A stretch of 64,000 nucleotides of DNA from Intoshia linei (Eukaryota; Animalia; Orthonectida): positions 23,421 through 87,420 of the forward strand of contig LWCA01000014.1 of the NCBI GenBank assembly GCA_001642005.1. Direction: 5' to 3'. Each line of letters starts with the position of its first letter. Position 1 is the stretch's first letter. Both the position numbers and the translations under genes were made by a program. Positions 24,701 through 37,811 of the stretch are shown in pieces. Below the pieces are notes generated by a model that worked only from the letters and a program-made list of their open reading frames with translations, searched no databases and had not been told where the DNA came from.

Positions 24701-27700
24701 ACGTAGTACACATAATTTTGACATTACAATTTTAAAAATATCGAAATTTGCAAATTTTTGTTTTCATGTATATTTTAGGCTCAACGTCAAACTTCAAATT
24801 TCACAAATTTACGCAATTATAATTCAAGTTTTTGATAAAACGTATAATCAAAATTACAAAACAGAAGAAAAATTGAATAATATCAATGCAGAACTAAGGT
24901 ATTATATTATAATTTATTTAAAATTTTTTTTTTAATCAAATTAATTTTTTAATATAAAATTCATTATTTCGTTATTATTTTATTTCACATAAATATTATA
25001 TTTAGAGAGTTTGCTCCACCAAAAATAAACAAACTTTATGTGAATAATATGCAAAAAAAATATACATTACTAATTAATGAATACGAAACCAATTTTATAG
25101 AATGTATAAAACATATGGAAAATATCTTTGAAATCGATTATAATAGAATTATTGAATATACGGATGGAGTGATTTTAGAGATTACTAATTGTAATAATGA
25201 TGAAAAATCATCGATAGTGTCTTATTCTGGCAGTGAATCAGAAACCTCTTATGTCGAATCCATAAAAACTAAATGCATGAAAACTTTGGCTTTACACAGA
25301 CAATTATGCGAAAACGAATTGATTATTATTGATGTACTTAACTTTCATTAAAAAATGAAATAATAATGAATTATACGCATTTAGACATTTTATGACAATT
25401 TAAGTAAGTACCAAAAGAAAAATATGCGACAAGTGTTTGATAAGTGTAAATTAATAGTGAGATTTTGGGATTTTCATGTAGAAAAAACAAAAAAAATATT
25501 ATCAGATGCTGATACTAAACTATTTACACTTCGAGATAATTTTCAAAATCAAGACAACGTAAGCAAAATTTTATAAATTGTATGATAATATATGCGTTTA
25601 AGTGCGGCGATTGTGCGTAGGCCATTCTTTAAAAAATATTAAAAAAATACAATTTGGGTTTGATAATTTTGATCACTTATGGGCAAAATTTTTTTTAGCA
25701 TTTCTAGTTTTATTACTAGCAAAATTAAAAATTTTTTTTATTTTTGTAAAATACATTATTGCAGAATTACCAGATGTTAGGATTATATCCAAAGCCTAGA
25801 CGACCGCTAAATTATTATTTTTGAAATCCCATTTTTGTCCCACCATTAATAAAATTTAATATTATTTAATAAAAAATACTGTTTTAAGCCTTTTATGTAA
25901 AAATCTTTCTTCTTACGATTTTAATAAAAATCCGAAAAAATTACACACATAGCAGCACTTTAGTTCACCTGTAGTATAAATGTAATGTAACATAAATTGA
26001 ATTTAGGCGGTGGAACACTCATTAACAATTTTAATTGAAAAATTGAAACAAGAATCTAATGATAAATCACTCTCCACTGCCCTAAAAAAGATATCAGATC
26101 AATTAGAAAATATAGATAAAATGTTTGTTTTTAATTAATTCACGTTAATTATTTAAATTTTACTTCATACTATTTATATTTTATAATTATATAAATTAAC
26201 GATACTGAAAAATTTTAATAAAGCTCTAATTAAAAAAATTAACAACTACTAAGGTAAAGCATAATATTTAGATATGAATCACATTACAATAAGCAATGCC
26301 TTACTGTTTCAGAAATACATAATTCCTTTAAATTTGAATTGGGTAGATACGAAAAGAGATTAATTAATCATTTTTCTTTAGTAAAAAGTGAGGTATTATT
26401 ACCATAAAACAATACTTATATATTATAAATTTTAGAAAAAAGTTGTTGAACCCGTTAAACAAGAAAATGTTAATATTAATGTATTTAATCTAGAAAAAGC
26501 AAGTTCAGACAGCGAAAATTCTGAAAAAAATGAAAATATGGAATATTTACAACAATCAGACGATTATTATATATGGGATTGTACATTACAATTTGTATTT
26601 GGTAAATTAATTTATCAGTGTAATGTAAAAATAAATCAAATTCACTATAAATATTGCTTTATTGGATAAATAAGAAGCGGGTTAGCTTAGAAAATTTTAA
26701 AATCCAATAAATACAACTGATTATTTAAATTTTTTTTATTTGTTGAGAAAAATGTTAAAATTTTTTCGAAAAGTCGAAAAGTCAAAATTTTTCGTCAAAA
26801 GTACGACTGCGCTGTACCGTTCAGGAGTATAAACATTTCAAATAAACTCTGAAATAAATATAAATAAATTTTTCAAAATGACTAATAAAATAAGATAAAT
26901 TAAAAAATTTTAAAAACTATTTTTTAATATCCTTACTTATATAGAACTCTTTATTTGTTGATCGGTGTGTGTTATTGTTTATTTCAATAACTAAGAGTCT
27001 TAGAATTTTAACAATTCCACATTTCTATTATAGTTTTTTCCCGGGTGAAAGTAAGATAAATTTCAATATTAGAAACTTACATCTTATCGGTCAAAAACCC
27101 CAATTATATTTTTTTTTATGAAAATCAAACCAACTTTAAAATTTAAAAAATATGCACTCTGATACAGATTTTAAAATCATAAATATTATCATAAATTTAA
27201 ATTTAAAAAAAAATATGTCTTCAGAGCCAAAACTCGAAATTACCCTTTTTTAAAAAAATGAGAATAGTCCCAGAATTTAAAAAAAAATTACAGTTCATAT
27301 AGTTATCTTTAGATATTATACACAAAATTGTTTTTTACATTTTAAATTTTAATTTTTAGTGAAACTTTTTTTATCATATTTTAAGGGGGTTTTTTTGGGA
27401 AATTTTTTTGTACCAAATGTTAAGAAAAGTTCTAGTTTTTTAATTTTAATTTTATTTGTAATATTTTATATACGAAAGTAACATGTGTAGAGTTTTAAAA
27501 ATATCAATATCTAAAGTAGTTTTTCGAAGATTAGATTTTAGAAATTAAGTTGTTCAGGGTAAAAACCACAAATTACCCATCCTATTTTTAAAAATAACAC
27601 GAGACTAGGATTTTTTAAAGTTTAAGTAGTATTCTAAGTTTAAAGTATAACTATAATTTGTGTGTCTATATGTGCATTATCGTTATTTTATAAAAAAAAA

Positions 27701-30700
27701 TCGAATATTTCTAGAATTTAAATAAGATCCAGTTACAATATATAAACAACAAAAGAATTTACTGTTTACTCTTTGTTTGGGGAAATTATTTCATATAAAG
27801 TAAAAATTTGATATAATTTTTCTAGAAATTAAAAATAAAAAATTGTCTTGACACGTTTGGGATAAATTCCGTTGAAGATTGGTAATAGTAAACTGTGGCA
27901 TTTTTATGTAATATTATAAGTTATTGGTAGAATAAGAGCTAGGTGATGTTTGTACGAAGTACAAAACAGCCAAGCTAGTATTATATATATAATGTATCTT
28001 TACTTTTGTTTTTTAACCCATTTTCCAATTATAAATTTAGATAATTATAAAAAGTCGAATGCAAAATACGATAATGCAATTTTACTCGATCATTTCAATA
28101 ATTACAGTCAAGATATTTATAATCGTGAATTAAATCGAAATTCAGAGGATATCATAAACTTGTATTTTAATTTATTTTTTATTATATATAACTTATTATA
28201 GATATGAAAAATTGTTTATGAAACATTATGAAAGTTATAAAATATTTAAAATAAAAGAAATTGATCAATATATAGAAGAAAAGGTTTGACATTTAAAAAA
28301 ATTTAAAATTAGTACAATTAGTCTACATAGTATACTAATAAATCCTTGTTAAATAACAGTTTAATTCCACGTTAACAGAATATTTTATAAACTAATTTGT
28401 AATTAAAATAATTAATTTCAAATTAAACATTTCTTTTTATAATATGCTATGTCTTTGAATTGGCTATCGTAAATACCAAACTTTCATTAAAACTTTTTAA
28501 AAAACATTACAAAATATAAAAAGGAAATATTTTAATTTTTCAACTACAGTCAAATTTAATTAGTTTGGATATTAAAAAAAATTAATAATTACATACAAAC
28601 AATTGTATTTAAATTTTTTATATTGTTATTTCTAGACCATTGATTTCAAGTCATCTTTGGCTACCCACAAACTATTAAATTCAGCCAGATATGATAAAAT
28701 ATATACCAATGTGTACAATGTTAGAGTTGGTAATTTTTAAAAACATGATTCTAATTAAAAGTATTCAATGTTATTGGTAGAAGAATGCAATTTGCATCAA
28801 CAGCGTTTAAATAAACATATTGCTGGAGTGGAAACAGAATTGAGTCAATTTTACAAAACATTTCTTGAAAAAACTAACCGAGAAATGGAACAAAATCAGG
28901 TTTTGGAAAAACAATTGAAAATTTACGAAAAACAAGCCAATGAAGCAAAAACACAGAATGTGTAATTTTTTACATTATTTTAAAATTTCCCTATCTTTCC
29001 ATTTTTGAGAAGTGATAAAATGTTTTGACTTGTTTAAATATGGTAGCTTTTATGAAAGTACATCATAGTCACTATATGGTTGGCAAGGTCCGCCAAGTGC
29101 TTCCTTGATAGGTGTTTTTTTCGGAAATTTTATTAATATTCCATTTCTAACAATTTGCACCTATTATCTATATCGGTAGTTGGGAAACGCTGACATTTAG
29201 TCAAAATTATTATTTATCATAGATTGACATCAATTTCCAGTTCGTTTTATAATTTTACCAAAAAACATAAAGAAAAATGCAAAACTTCATTTGAAAAATT
29301 AAAATTGTACAGCACCAAAACCTTTGAAAAATTGAAAAAATCGTGCAAAATGTATTCATCGAATTGCGTGTAATTTAATAAAATTTCATTTTTGTATTCA
29401 TCATAATTATAGACATTTTAATGACGGAGGAAATTTTAATCAAGAAGAAACTGATATTGTAAAACAAGGAATTGAAAATATTGAAATGAATATTATAAAT
29501 AGTGATATTGAGGTACAAACTGAAATACAAAATTTAGAATTGCGCCAAATTTCTGAAATTTCTAGAATTACCAATGAATATGATGAAAGGTCATTATTAA
29601 TTTAATTTTTATTATAATACTTATTAATAATCGTTTAGTTTGCGTAATGTCATAGCTGATGTCACATTTGCTGATAAAATCAGTAGATGGAAAAGTAATG
29701 GCAAGATTAAACTAATGTCGGAAATGCTAAGAATTTCTACATTATTAAAAAATGCTCAACAAGACATTATTGTTTTCGATAAATTAGTTTCTAATAATAG
29801 AGTAATTTATATTTACATGCATACTGATAAATAATAATGGGTTTAGACCGGAGGTGGGAAGCATTAGATGTTAGAAGGCACCACTAACGTCATAGAAAAA
29901 ATTAAAAATAAGGCCGCATCTTTCTAAATGAAATGTAATTAAATACATCAGTGCTTCTCATGGGGTGAATAATTTTATTAGAGGTGAATACGAAAATTTT
30001 AGATGATTGGGGTGAATGATAAATTTTTGCATCGTCAATAAGGCCGCATTTTCCCCATCTCTAGTTTAGAAAAAATTCATTTTGATTGTGCTTGCGAATT
30101 ATAAAATTTGGTTCATTTTTTTGTTTTTACTGTTTGTACCCGTCAGTATCCACAAAATATTGTGTATACCCTTTGTTTTACTAAAGTTTTTAATAATTGA
30201 AGGAGATAAAATTATTTTTAATAAAATTCCTGTGGTTTAGTTCAAATTTGACAACAAACCCTATACTTGTAATTAAATTAGATACATTATATAAAGGATG
30301 ACACACATCAGATTTTTTTTTGAAATTTTCTTTCCAATAACGATAAATTTTATTAGATAATTCTTACCGTACTAACATTTACGTAATACTTAATTCTTAG
30401 CTTGGAGAAAAAAATTCGGATCAAATTTTTGAATATATACCATTAATCAAAAAGAAACTACATTACATATTATTGAATATAGAAAATCCCATGAAATACA
30501 ACGATATTATCATAATTAAGCAAGAAACAAGCAGTTTATATTCATTTTTTAATAACTAAAACATTATTAGATATTATGACATTTAACACGACAAATATTG
30601 CAAATTTAGTTTTAAACAAAAGTAATGAAGATGAAAGTTATAAAAGTTTAAAGAAATTAGTAGGGTAAAACAGATTACATAGTTAATAAAAAATTAAAAA

Positions 30701-32341
30701 TATTTTATAAATTTTTTAAAATAAATATGGGTTAATTTAATTTCTAGTTTGACAAAAGACATTACCATTCAACGTAAATCAAATGTGATTAAGCTGGCTA
30801 GTACTTATAAAAAAAAATAAATTAATTTAAATTTAGGGAAATGTTCTAAAATAAGTTTAAAACCACTTGAGAAATTAAAAAAGGCTGATTTGAAAAAAAA
30901 TTCAGCGTACTTTATCATTATTAACAATAATAATTGTTTAAATTGTAATTTAGAAATAGAAATAAAAAAATAAATAAAATAGATAATAAACATTTTATTT
31001 TTGGAATCCAAGCATCAGAAGACGAAAAAAATTATTGTAAAGTAATTAAAAATGTGAGAAATGAACTTCGAACGGTTTTAGATGGGTTACTAGCTGAAAT
31101 AGACGTACATTCAACTATTGTGCCGATAAACATGATAATTTTGTAGATTTACTATAGACAAAAGGGTACTAGGCCTAGTACAAGAGAAGGAATAGTTTAT
31201 GAATATTTTGATGATTGTATAGCTGATATTTTATCAATTATGACAAAATATTATGATGAAGCGGTTCAGAAGCATCAAGATATATTCATAACATTTTGTG
31301 ATAATGTACAACAATTTCAAAGCAGTTTAAAAATGATTCCTATTGGAGTTGTACAGGTAGAGTCCAAATGACTTTTATTGATTTATATAGGAAGAATTTT
31401 TGACACAATCTCGATCAATGAAATCATTTATTGATGAAAAATTAGCTGACCATCACAAAGAAATTAACAAATTTAATAAACAAATGGTAATCAACAATAA
31501 TGAATATTCATCTAGATTTTGTAGGAAGCTTTAGAAAAAAGTTTATACCCTGCATTTGGACACCCTAGTAAACGTTATAAATTGACAGAAATGAACGAAA
31601 TCGAACAAAAATTGTACTCTGAATTTATACAATATAATAAAGTGGAATTGGATAAGCACTTGGTAAAATAAATAAAATTCTATAAAACTAATATTTCATA
31701 GGAAATATCAATGTCTCATAAATCAATACTAAGTGAAATAAAAATGTTCACTGTAAAAATTATTGAAGAATCAGAAAACACAATATCTATAGAATCCATT
31801 ATCAAATCAGGTATATTTTTTAGTTAAAACAATCATTGTTGACTAGAAAAATATACTCAAGAAATTGGTGATTTATTAAATGAAAAATATTTCAATTACA
31901 TGGCCAACGTGGAACAAGGCGGCGACTACCAACCTATTGATTTAACGTTTATAGGCATTATTTTAATCTTTATAAAAATTACTTGCTTTTAGACAATTTA
32001 AAAAATATGCCCGATTTAAATGCGGATTCATTTGACAATAAGGATTTAGCAATACTTGAAAATAATGTTAATTTTTTAAAACTAGACATGGAGAAGATAG
32101 TATCAAAAATTGATATATCGTCTCTTAATGAACAAGATAAATGTACCGTCAAAATTATTATCAAATGTTTAAAGGTTCAAATTTAAAATATTATTATATT
32201 GTTTAGTTATTTATTTATAATTTTACACAAGAAAATCTACTCATGAAAATTAACGATTGTAAAAAAATTTATAATTCTCGATTCAAAGCACATACGGCAT
32301 GGGAATGTTGTTTACAAAATATTTTGGATTTGTACAATTAA
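21798..32341 (+). CDS. CCDC180: Coiled-coil domain-containing protein 180-like (DUF4455/DUF4456 family), many exons; start tentative
   Basis: Long run of helical exons with canonical splice sites. N-terminal METRRKIRYESAEMKLNQSL (exons 21798-21820, 22513-22564), VEHSLTILIEKLKQESNDKSL, C-terminal LYPAFGHPSKRYKL (LxPxLGHP motif). Last exon 32207-32341. Confidence 0.7.
22024..22255. mobile_element. hAT-type MITE
   Basis: CATTGGTTATCAACC / GGTTGAAAACCACCG termini, subterminal CGCGACCC repeats, TSD CTCTAGGG / CTCTAGAA. Confidence 0.75.
23079..23150 (-). tRNA. tRNA-Asp (GTC)
   Basis: TCCTCGGTAGTATAGTGGTAAGTATACTCGCCTGTCACGCGAGTGACCCGGGTTCAAATCCCGGCCGGGGAG folds as a cloverleaf with anticodon GTC and is followed by an oligo-T Pol III terminator. 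Confidence 0.97.
23390..23564. mobile_element. Tc1/pogo-type MITE
   Basis: TIRs CAGTAATACTT / AGGTATTACTG with TA on both sides. Confidence 0.75.
26930..27978 (+). mobile_element. Non-autonomous Helitron, apparently full length
   Basis: Inserted between A and T with no TSD. 5' end TCCTTACTTATATA; 3' hairpin TGTTTGTAC-GAA-GTACAAAACA then CTAG; internal ~120-bp subrepeats. Related ends at ~625, 2041, 5010, 5301, 37941, 42945, 46271, 53197. Confidence 0.75.
29849..30063. mobile_element. hAT-type MITE
   Basis: Imperfect TIRs (CGGAGGTGGGAA / TTCCCCATCTCTA), TSD GTTTAGAC / GTTTAGAA. Confidence 0.65.
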
Positions 32342-32918
32342 ATTGATTTTGTTTCACTATTTGCAGGTTCTTCAACTTTTGCTTCAGCTTCAGCAACAAT
32401 TTTCGGGTTGGTTGTTTCTTCAATTATTCGTTGTTCTTCTTGTTTTCTCAGATATAATGCAAATCGGCGTTTACGTTCTTTGTTTATTTCATGGATTAAA
32501 TCTTTTTTTATGATTTTATGTTTCAAACTTTTCAACTCTATATGAGTACGTAGCACTTTCTATGCAATTTATTAGTTTAATGAAATAATAATAAACCTTA
32601 GTGTTGTCACTCATATCAGAAACGTCATCACGAATTATTCGTCGGTCATTACAAAAACCAAAAATAATAGAAATTAATTTGGATACTATCAAGGCGCTCG
32701 CTAATGCTCCAATTGCAATCTAATTTTAGGATTTACAATTTATAATAAACAAAAATAACAATGGCTTGTGGTAGACCGTTGTATGGGTCGTACACGGGAA
32801 CAGAAATATTAGCTTCTAAATATAGCAGATTTGGAATATGTTATTATTTGTAAATACCACTTCCCGGTAAAATTGGTAAAGATGAAACAAACGAAACACA
32901 TAAAAATAAAATTAACAT
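32338..32918 (-). CDS. Small orphan type-I membrane protein (~153 aa)
   Basis: Exons 32858-32918, 32760-32815, 32597-32719, 32338-32559 join in frame. Signal MLILFLCVSFVSS, short ectodomain, TM AIIAIGALASALIVSKLISIIFGFC, charged helical tail. Confidence 0.7.
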
Positions 32919-32972
32919 TAACCAACAAAGTTTCTATAATACTAAAATGACCCACATAGCAAAAAGGTTTAA

Positions 32973-35900
32973 TTACAAACAATTGTAACATTTCTGCAAA
33001 GTATTCAATTGTTTTAAATAAATATTGCTACTGTTGCTAAAGCTTGTATAAACTTGCAGAGTTTTTGGCATTATGTTTAATATTTTCCCGTATATATCTA
33101 AACGAAATTCAATACGTGCAAAAAAACACTACCTATTATGCATTTGATTGAATCTATTAAAATTGGTGTTGCGTGGTTTTTATACAAGTTTCTAAAATAA
33201 TGTCGGAATAGTATAATAATAATATACTCGATAAAGTAATTCAAAACTTTTTCAATGTATTCATCGCTTCTGTCTCGGAAAGCCTAATAGAAAATAGAAA
33301 AATATCATCACAATATACCATATCTAGTGAATCCCGTCTAATGAGCTCTCGTAGTACGGGTATAATTATCCATAAACTTCTTTTCTCACTCTAAACATAA
33401 TTATGTTTAAACAAAACAACTTTACCAAAAATACGCTATCAAATGCATTTTTATTGTTAAATTTCAAAAAACATTTATCATAAGATTGCAATTGCTTCGG
33501 GTTCTTTGGAATATATATTTTTTCATCCTAAAATGTAATGACTAAAAAATTGTAAAAATTACAATTTTTATAGTATCCTCTGAATTATGTTCAATTTTCA
33601 AACTTTCTAATTTGTTATTCAAGCTTCCTAATGCAATATATTTCTTATCATTCTATTTAATCAAAATAGTTTAAAAACAAAATATAATGAAATACCGATA
33701 TTGAACTGCATATTAAAGGATCAGTAGATGTATATGACGCAAATAAATTGAAATTTTCCATGTCATATATTCTCACACAACTAAATTATAAAAATATATT
33801 ATATGAACTAAAGTTCAAGAAAGGGTGCCAAACAGAGGTGGATCTAGGATTTTCAGCCAGGTGGGCTAAACTCATATAATGTATTTAAATTTGAATTTTT
33901 ATATTATAATTATTAATATATTTCTTTATTTATAATAATGTATATTATTTTCTAGTTTTCATTCTAATACATTCTTCTCTCGGTAGACAGCCCCCCTGCA
34001 CCTCATTTATATCCGATACTGGTGCCAAATTGGGTAATTCCTGATAATAATGGTAATGTTTAAACTATAATTCGAACCTTAACTTATTTAAAATAAAAAA
34101 TTATATAATTATAAATAATATTTAAAACATAAGATATTTTTACATTCAAAATAAGTTGAAAATACAAGCTAATTCCTCGTTAACAAAATAATTAACCCTG
34201 AACAAAAATATCTTTCGTTGACGGATATTATATAAATAATGTATACATTAAAAAAGTGGTTCCTGGTAAAGTAAAAATAAGACTGGGGATCTATGAAAAA
34301 TAAAATATAAAAAAATTTTGATCAATTTTTTTTTATTTTTATAGGAAAATTTTTCATATTTATTACAGACTTTCGAGGTGTTGATTATCCAAAATCCTAG
34401 ACGACCGTTACATAATCATTTCAAAAATTCCTCAGGGAAAAATTGACTTTTATCGATATTTTTTTGAAAAATTAACTTAATCAAACCACAAAAAAAAAAT
34501 CCAATTTTACCAACCCTAAAATAAAACTCCAATATTACCAACGCTTAAAAAAAATTTCCTCTTGTTCCAATAATATTTTGAAAACTACGATTATACTAAA
34601 TCTTAGCAACAACTTAATCCTAATCCAAAACACCAATAAAAATTAAAATTTTACCACCCCTCAATATAAAAATCCTCTTTTTCCAATATTTTTTTGAAAA
34701 AAATTTTCATCAATGTTTTATATTTCATGTTTCCCTTAGGGTCCAAAAAAATAAACATTTTGAAATTGCGATCCTTACACTATTTGAACTGGAAACACTG
34801 CATTAAAACAATGAAAATATTCTGATTTTCATTCAACTTATCCTATATTTGCAGGTCATTTCATATATTTAATAATCAATCATTATTAATCAAGAATAAA
34901 ATAAAATGTATTACGTACCTAAAGTTTTTAATTTGAACAGAAAAAGATTTAGTATAATTATGATGCTAGTAATTTTAAGTTAAAATTTAATGGAATTTTT
35001 GTACTTTAGAAAAATTCAGTCCGTTAATCAGGTATTTCTTTCCGTTCACGAGGAATTCCGTTACATAGGAATTAATAGAGATCAGATACATTATTACCAA
35101 TCAGACTTACACATTTCAATTTAAAGAAATATATTTTCATGTTAAAATAAATATACCGATCCAGAGATGTGTGCATAAACATGTTTTGATCATCGAAAAC
35201 TGTGAAACTGGTTATTGGTTTGTACCATTTTTGTGAAAAAATAATTTTTTTAGTATTGAAATCCAAAAGGTGAACCATATTGCCTTCTAAATTAATAAAT
35301 AATTTATTTATATTCATATTCAAATGGTACCTGCAATAAGTGCCAATTTTTGATGCTTTAATAGTTCAACTGTATAAACGGGGTTATCAAATTTATAAGT
35401 AAAAAAAGAAGAAATTGTGGGATCTCTAGTATCTATTAAACTAATTGAACAATCCTCTGAACCGGATAAGATCAAATGTTCGTTTAAGCGTTGAGTTGAT
35501 ATTGAATTTATTTTATCCTATAATAATTTAAATGTTATTACCAGTAAATAAATATATTTTTCAAGAAATTGGTTAATTAAAATAAAATAATAAATTTAAA
35601 CAAGTGCGACCTTTAACCACTGACTCTCATACCTTCAAAAATAAATAGTGGCATATTTATCAAATCATGATGACTAACCATTTCTTCATACTAAATATAT
35701 AATAAAATAAAACATACGCTATGAATTTGTTTATTATATAAAACATCGGCAGTAGAAATATCCCATAATCTTAAACAAGCATCTTGACCAGCAGTAGCTA
35801 ATACAACACCAGGATTGCCAACAAATGAAACAGATTCTATTGATCTAATAAATTTGATAATTTATCATCACATATTGATTTTCAGGACAATAAAATAGGT

Positions 35901-36849
35901 AAAATAAAACCCATGCATATTTTTATCTTTCATAAAAATACTACTTAGAAAATCAAAAATATACCCTAAATGACCATGAAATCTGCGTAGAACACTAAAA
36001 CTCTTGGCATTTACAATTGCAGCATGACCGTCTTCAGACCCAGTACAAATTAATCTATTATCAAATCTGAATTTGCAAGAATTAATAGGACTTTTGAAAC
36101 ATCCTTTGGATTTTATTTTTTCCAGATCGTAATTATATAAACAAATCTACATGTAAAATGTTCAAAAACATATTAATACAAAATATAAACCTGGGTAGCA
36201 TAAGAAATTAACAAAACTTCTTCATCAGTAGAAAAATTTACAGAGGTAACTTTATTATTAAAATTTATTGAAGCATTTGGCTAAACAAATCATTATATAT
36301 AAAATATAATATTGTATCTGAATTTTAGAATCAAAACGTAACTAAACAAATTTCATGCAATACCAAAATCAAATATTTCAAATATATTGTATGACAATTT
36401 ACGCTTATAACAACCCGGAAAAGGTAACGCGTAGTTTAACTGACGGATTTAAAATTTAAATTTAATTGCGGATAAATTTGTATTGTTGGATCAAATCAAC
36501 CATTAAACAAACTGGGAATATCAGGATGCTATTTTTTGGATGTTAGGTGTTTCACCCTATATTTTGCCCAAAATGTTGTATTAATACGTCATTTAAGTGT
36601 ATTTGTATTGTTTAACTTTTTTTTAAAAAAAATTGATGATCATTAGATAAAAAAAATTTTGAATGTGTCTTACATTAAAGTTTTAAAATTCAAAATCACT
36701 GATATACAAATAGGAAATTAATATATTTTAATTACCAAATATGTAACATTTTGATGAGTTCTTTGATTAGCATAGCTGGAGTCTATCGAAGTTATAACCG
36801 GAAAGAAACGTTTCTGTTTGTATTTATTTACAAAATGTACATCTTTCAT
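32973..36849 (-). CDS. UTP15: U3 snoRNA-associated protein 15 (WD40 + UTP15_C)
   Basis: WD40 exons FRFDNRLICTGSEDG...SVLRRFHGH and ATAGQDACLRLWD. C-terminal VLRELIRRDSLDMAFRDRSDEYIEKVLNYFIENL...PILIDSIKCIIDIYG matches the UTP15_C pattern. Confidence 0.85.
33833..34021. mobile_element. hAT-type MITE in UTP15 intron
   Basis: CAGAGGTGGATCTA / ATATCCGATACTG termini, perfect TSD GTGCCAAA. Confidence 0.85.
34254..34800. mobile_element. hAT-type MITE (same family as 57509-57977)
   Basis: AAGTGGTTCC / GGAAACACTG termini, TSD CATTAAAA. Internal sequence is shared with 57509-57977 and ~25730-25900. Confidence 0.75.
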
Positions 36850-37195
36850 TTGGGCCATTCAATTAAAAAGTAAAATAAAATTATAACAACCAACTGATAC
36901 AAATATAAATAACTATTTTAAATTTGAAATTTGAAATTTGATAAATAATGACGATAATGTATATAATTAGTGTAGTTGTGACAATATTTTTATTTAACTA
37001 ATGAAATTATTCATTATCGATCAAATTACAGTACAATAATTTATAAAATAACCCTTTGAGGAATATTCGTTATTTTAAAATGAGATTTGTTGTAAAATTT
37101 AAAATAAACTATGCGGAATTACATTTTATTTATTACACCACGTATCATTTTTGTACTAATATACTTTCTTAGTATGCTTTCTGGGTACTTTAATG

Positions 37196-37811
37196 CAGCG
37201 GTTTTCAACCTTTTTCGGGCTATAGCCCAAAAAAGTTTAAAGTATCAATAAAAGTGTTAAAAAATAATAATCAACAAGTATATTTAAATTTTTACTAGTT
37301 AGTCTATTAACTGTTAGTGACTGCTTTGGCATTAGTGTTTGTTGCACAATGAATCGTGATCAATTTCTATTAGTTTATTCAATCTTAATCGCATTATTCC
37401 TCGGTTGTTCACATCCAATTTTGACCTCTTCTTACTAAAAATATCGACCACTGCTGAAAATCCAGTTTCTACAAGCCATGTTGTAGGAAAAGCAATAATG
37501 CTTATTTGAACATAATCAAACACAATTGGATTTGATTCTTGAATTTCCATAAATTCAAATACATCTTCCTTTTTTATTCGTCTTACTAATTTCAAATCTT
37601 CTTTTAAATCCAAGAGTTTTTCAGTTAGTTCAGACCTGGTTTCATCATCTGGTTTAAAGTTTTGAAGATCTGTAAACCATAATTCCAAATTTATATTTCA
37701 AATTCATTATGCATTTATAAATTTTGTTTTGGTTAGCAATTTTATAGCTTAATATACACCAAATTATTTTTAATGTTGAAAATTTTCTGTGGCCCACGTT
37801 GAGAACCCCTG
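37196..37811 (-). mobile_element. Internally deleted hAT (Buster/Charlie-like) transposon carrying the transposase C-terminus (ORF 37332-37688)
   Basis: TIRs CAGCGGTTTTCAAC / GTTGAGAACCCCTG, perfect TSD CTTTAATG; FPTTWLVETGFSAV...KRSKLDV is a hAT dimerisation-type motif. Confidence 0.9.

Noticed and set aside
32980-33300. Apparent RhoGEF DH-like helical segment
   Set aside because: The spliced translation matches the UTP15 C-terminal domain better.
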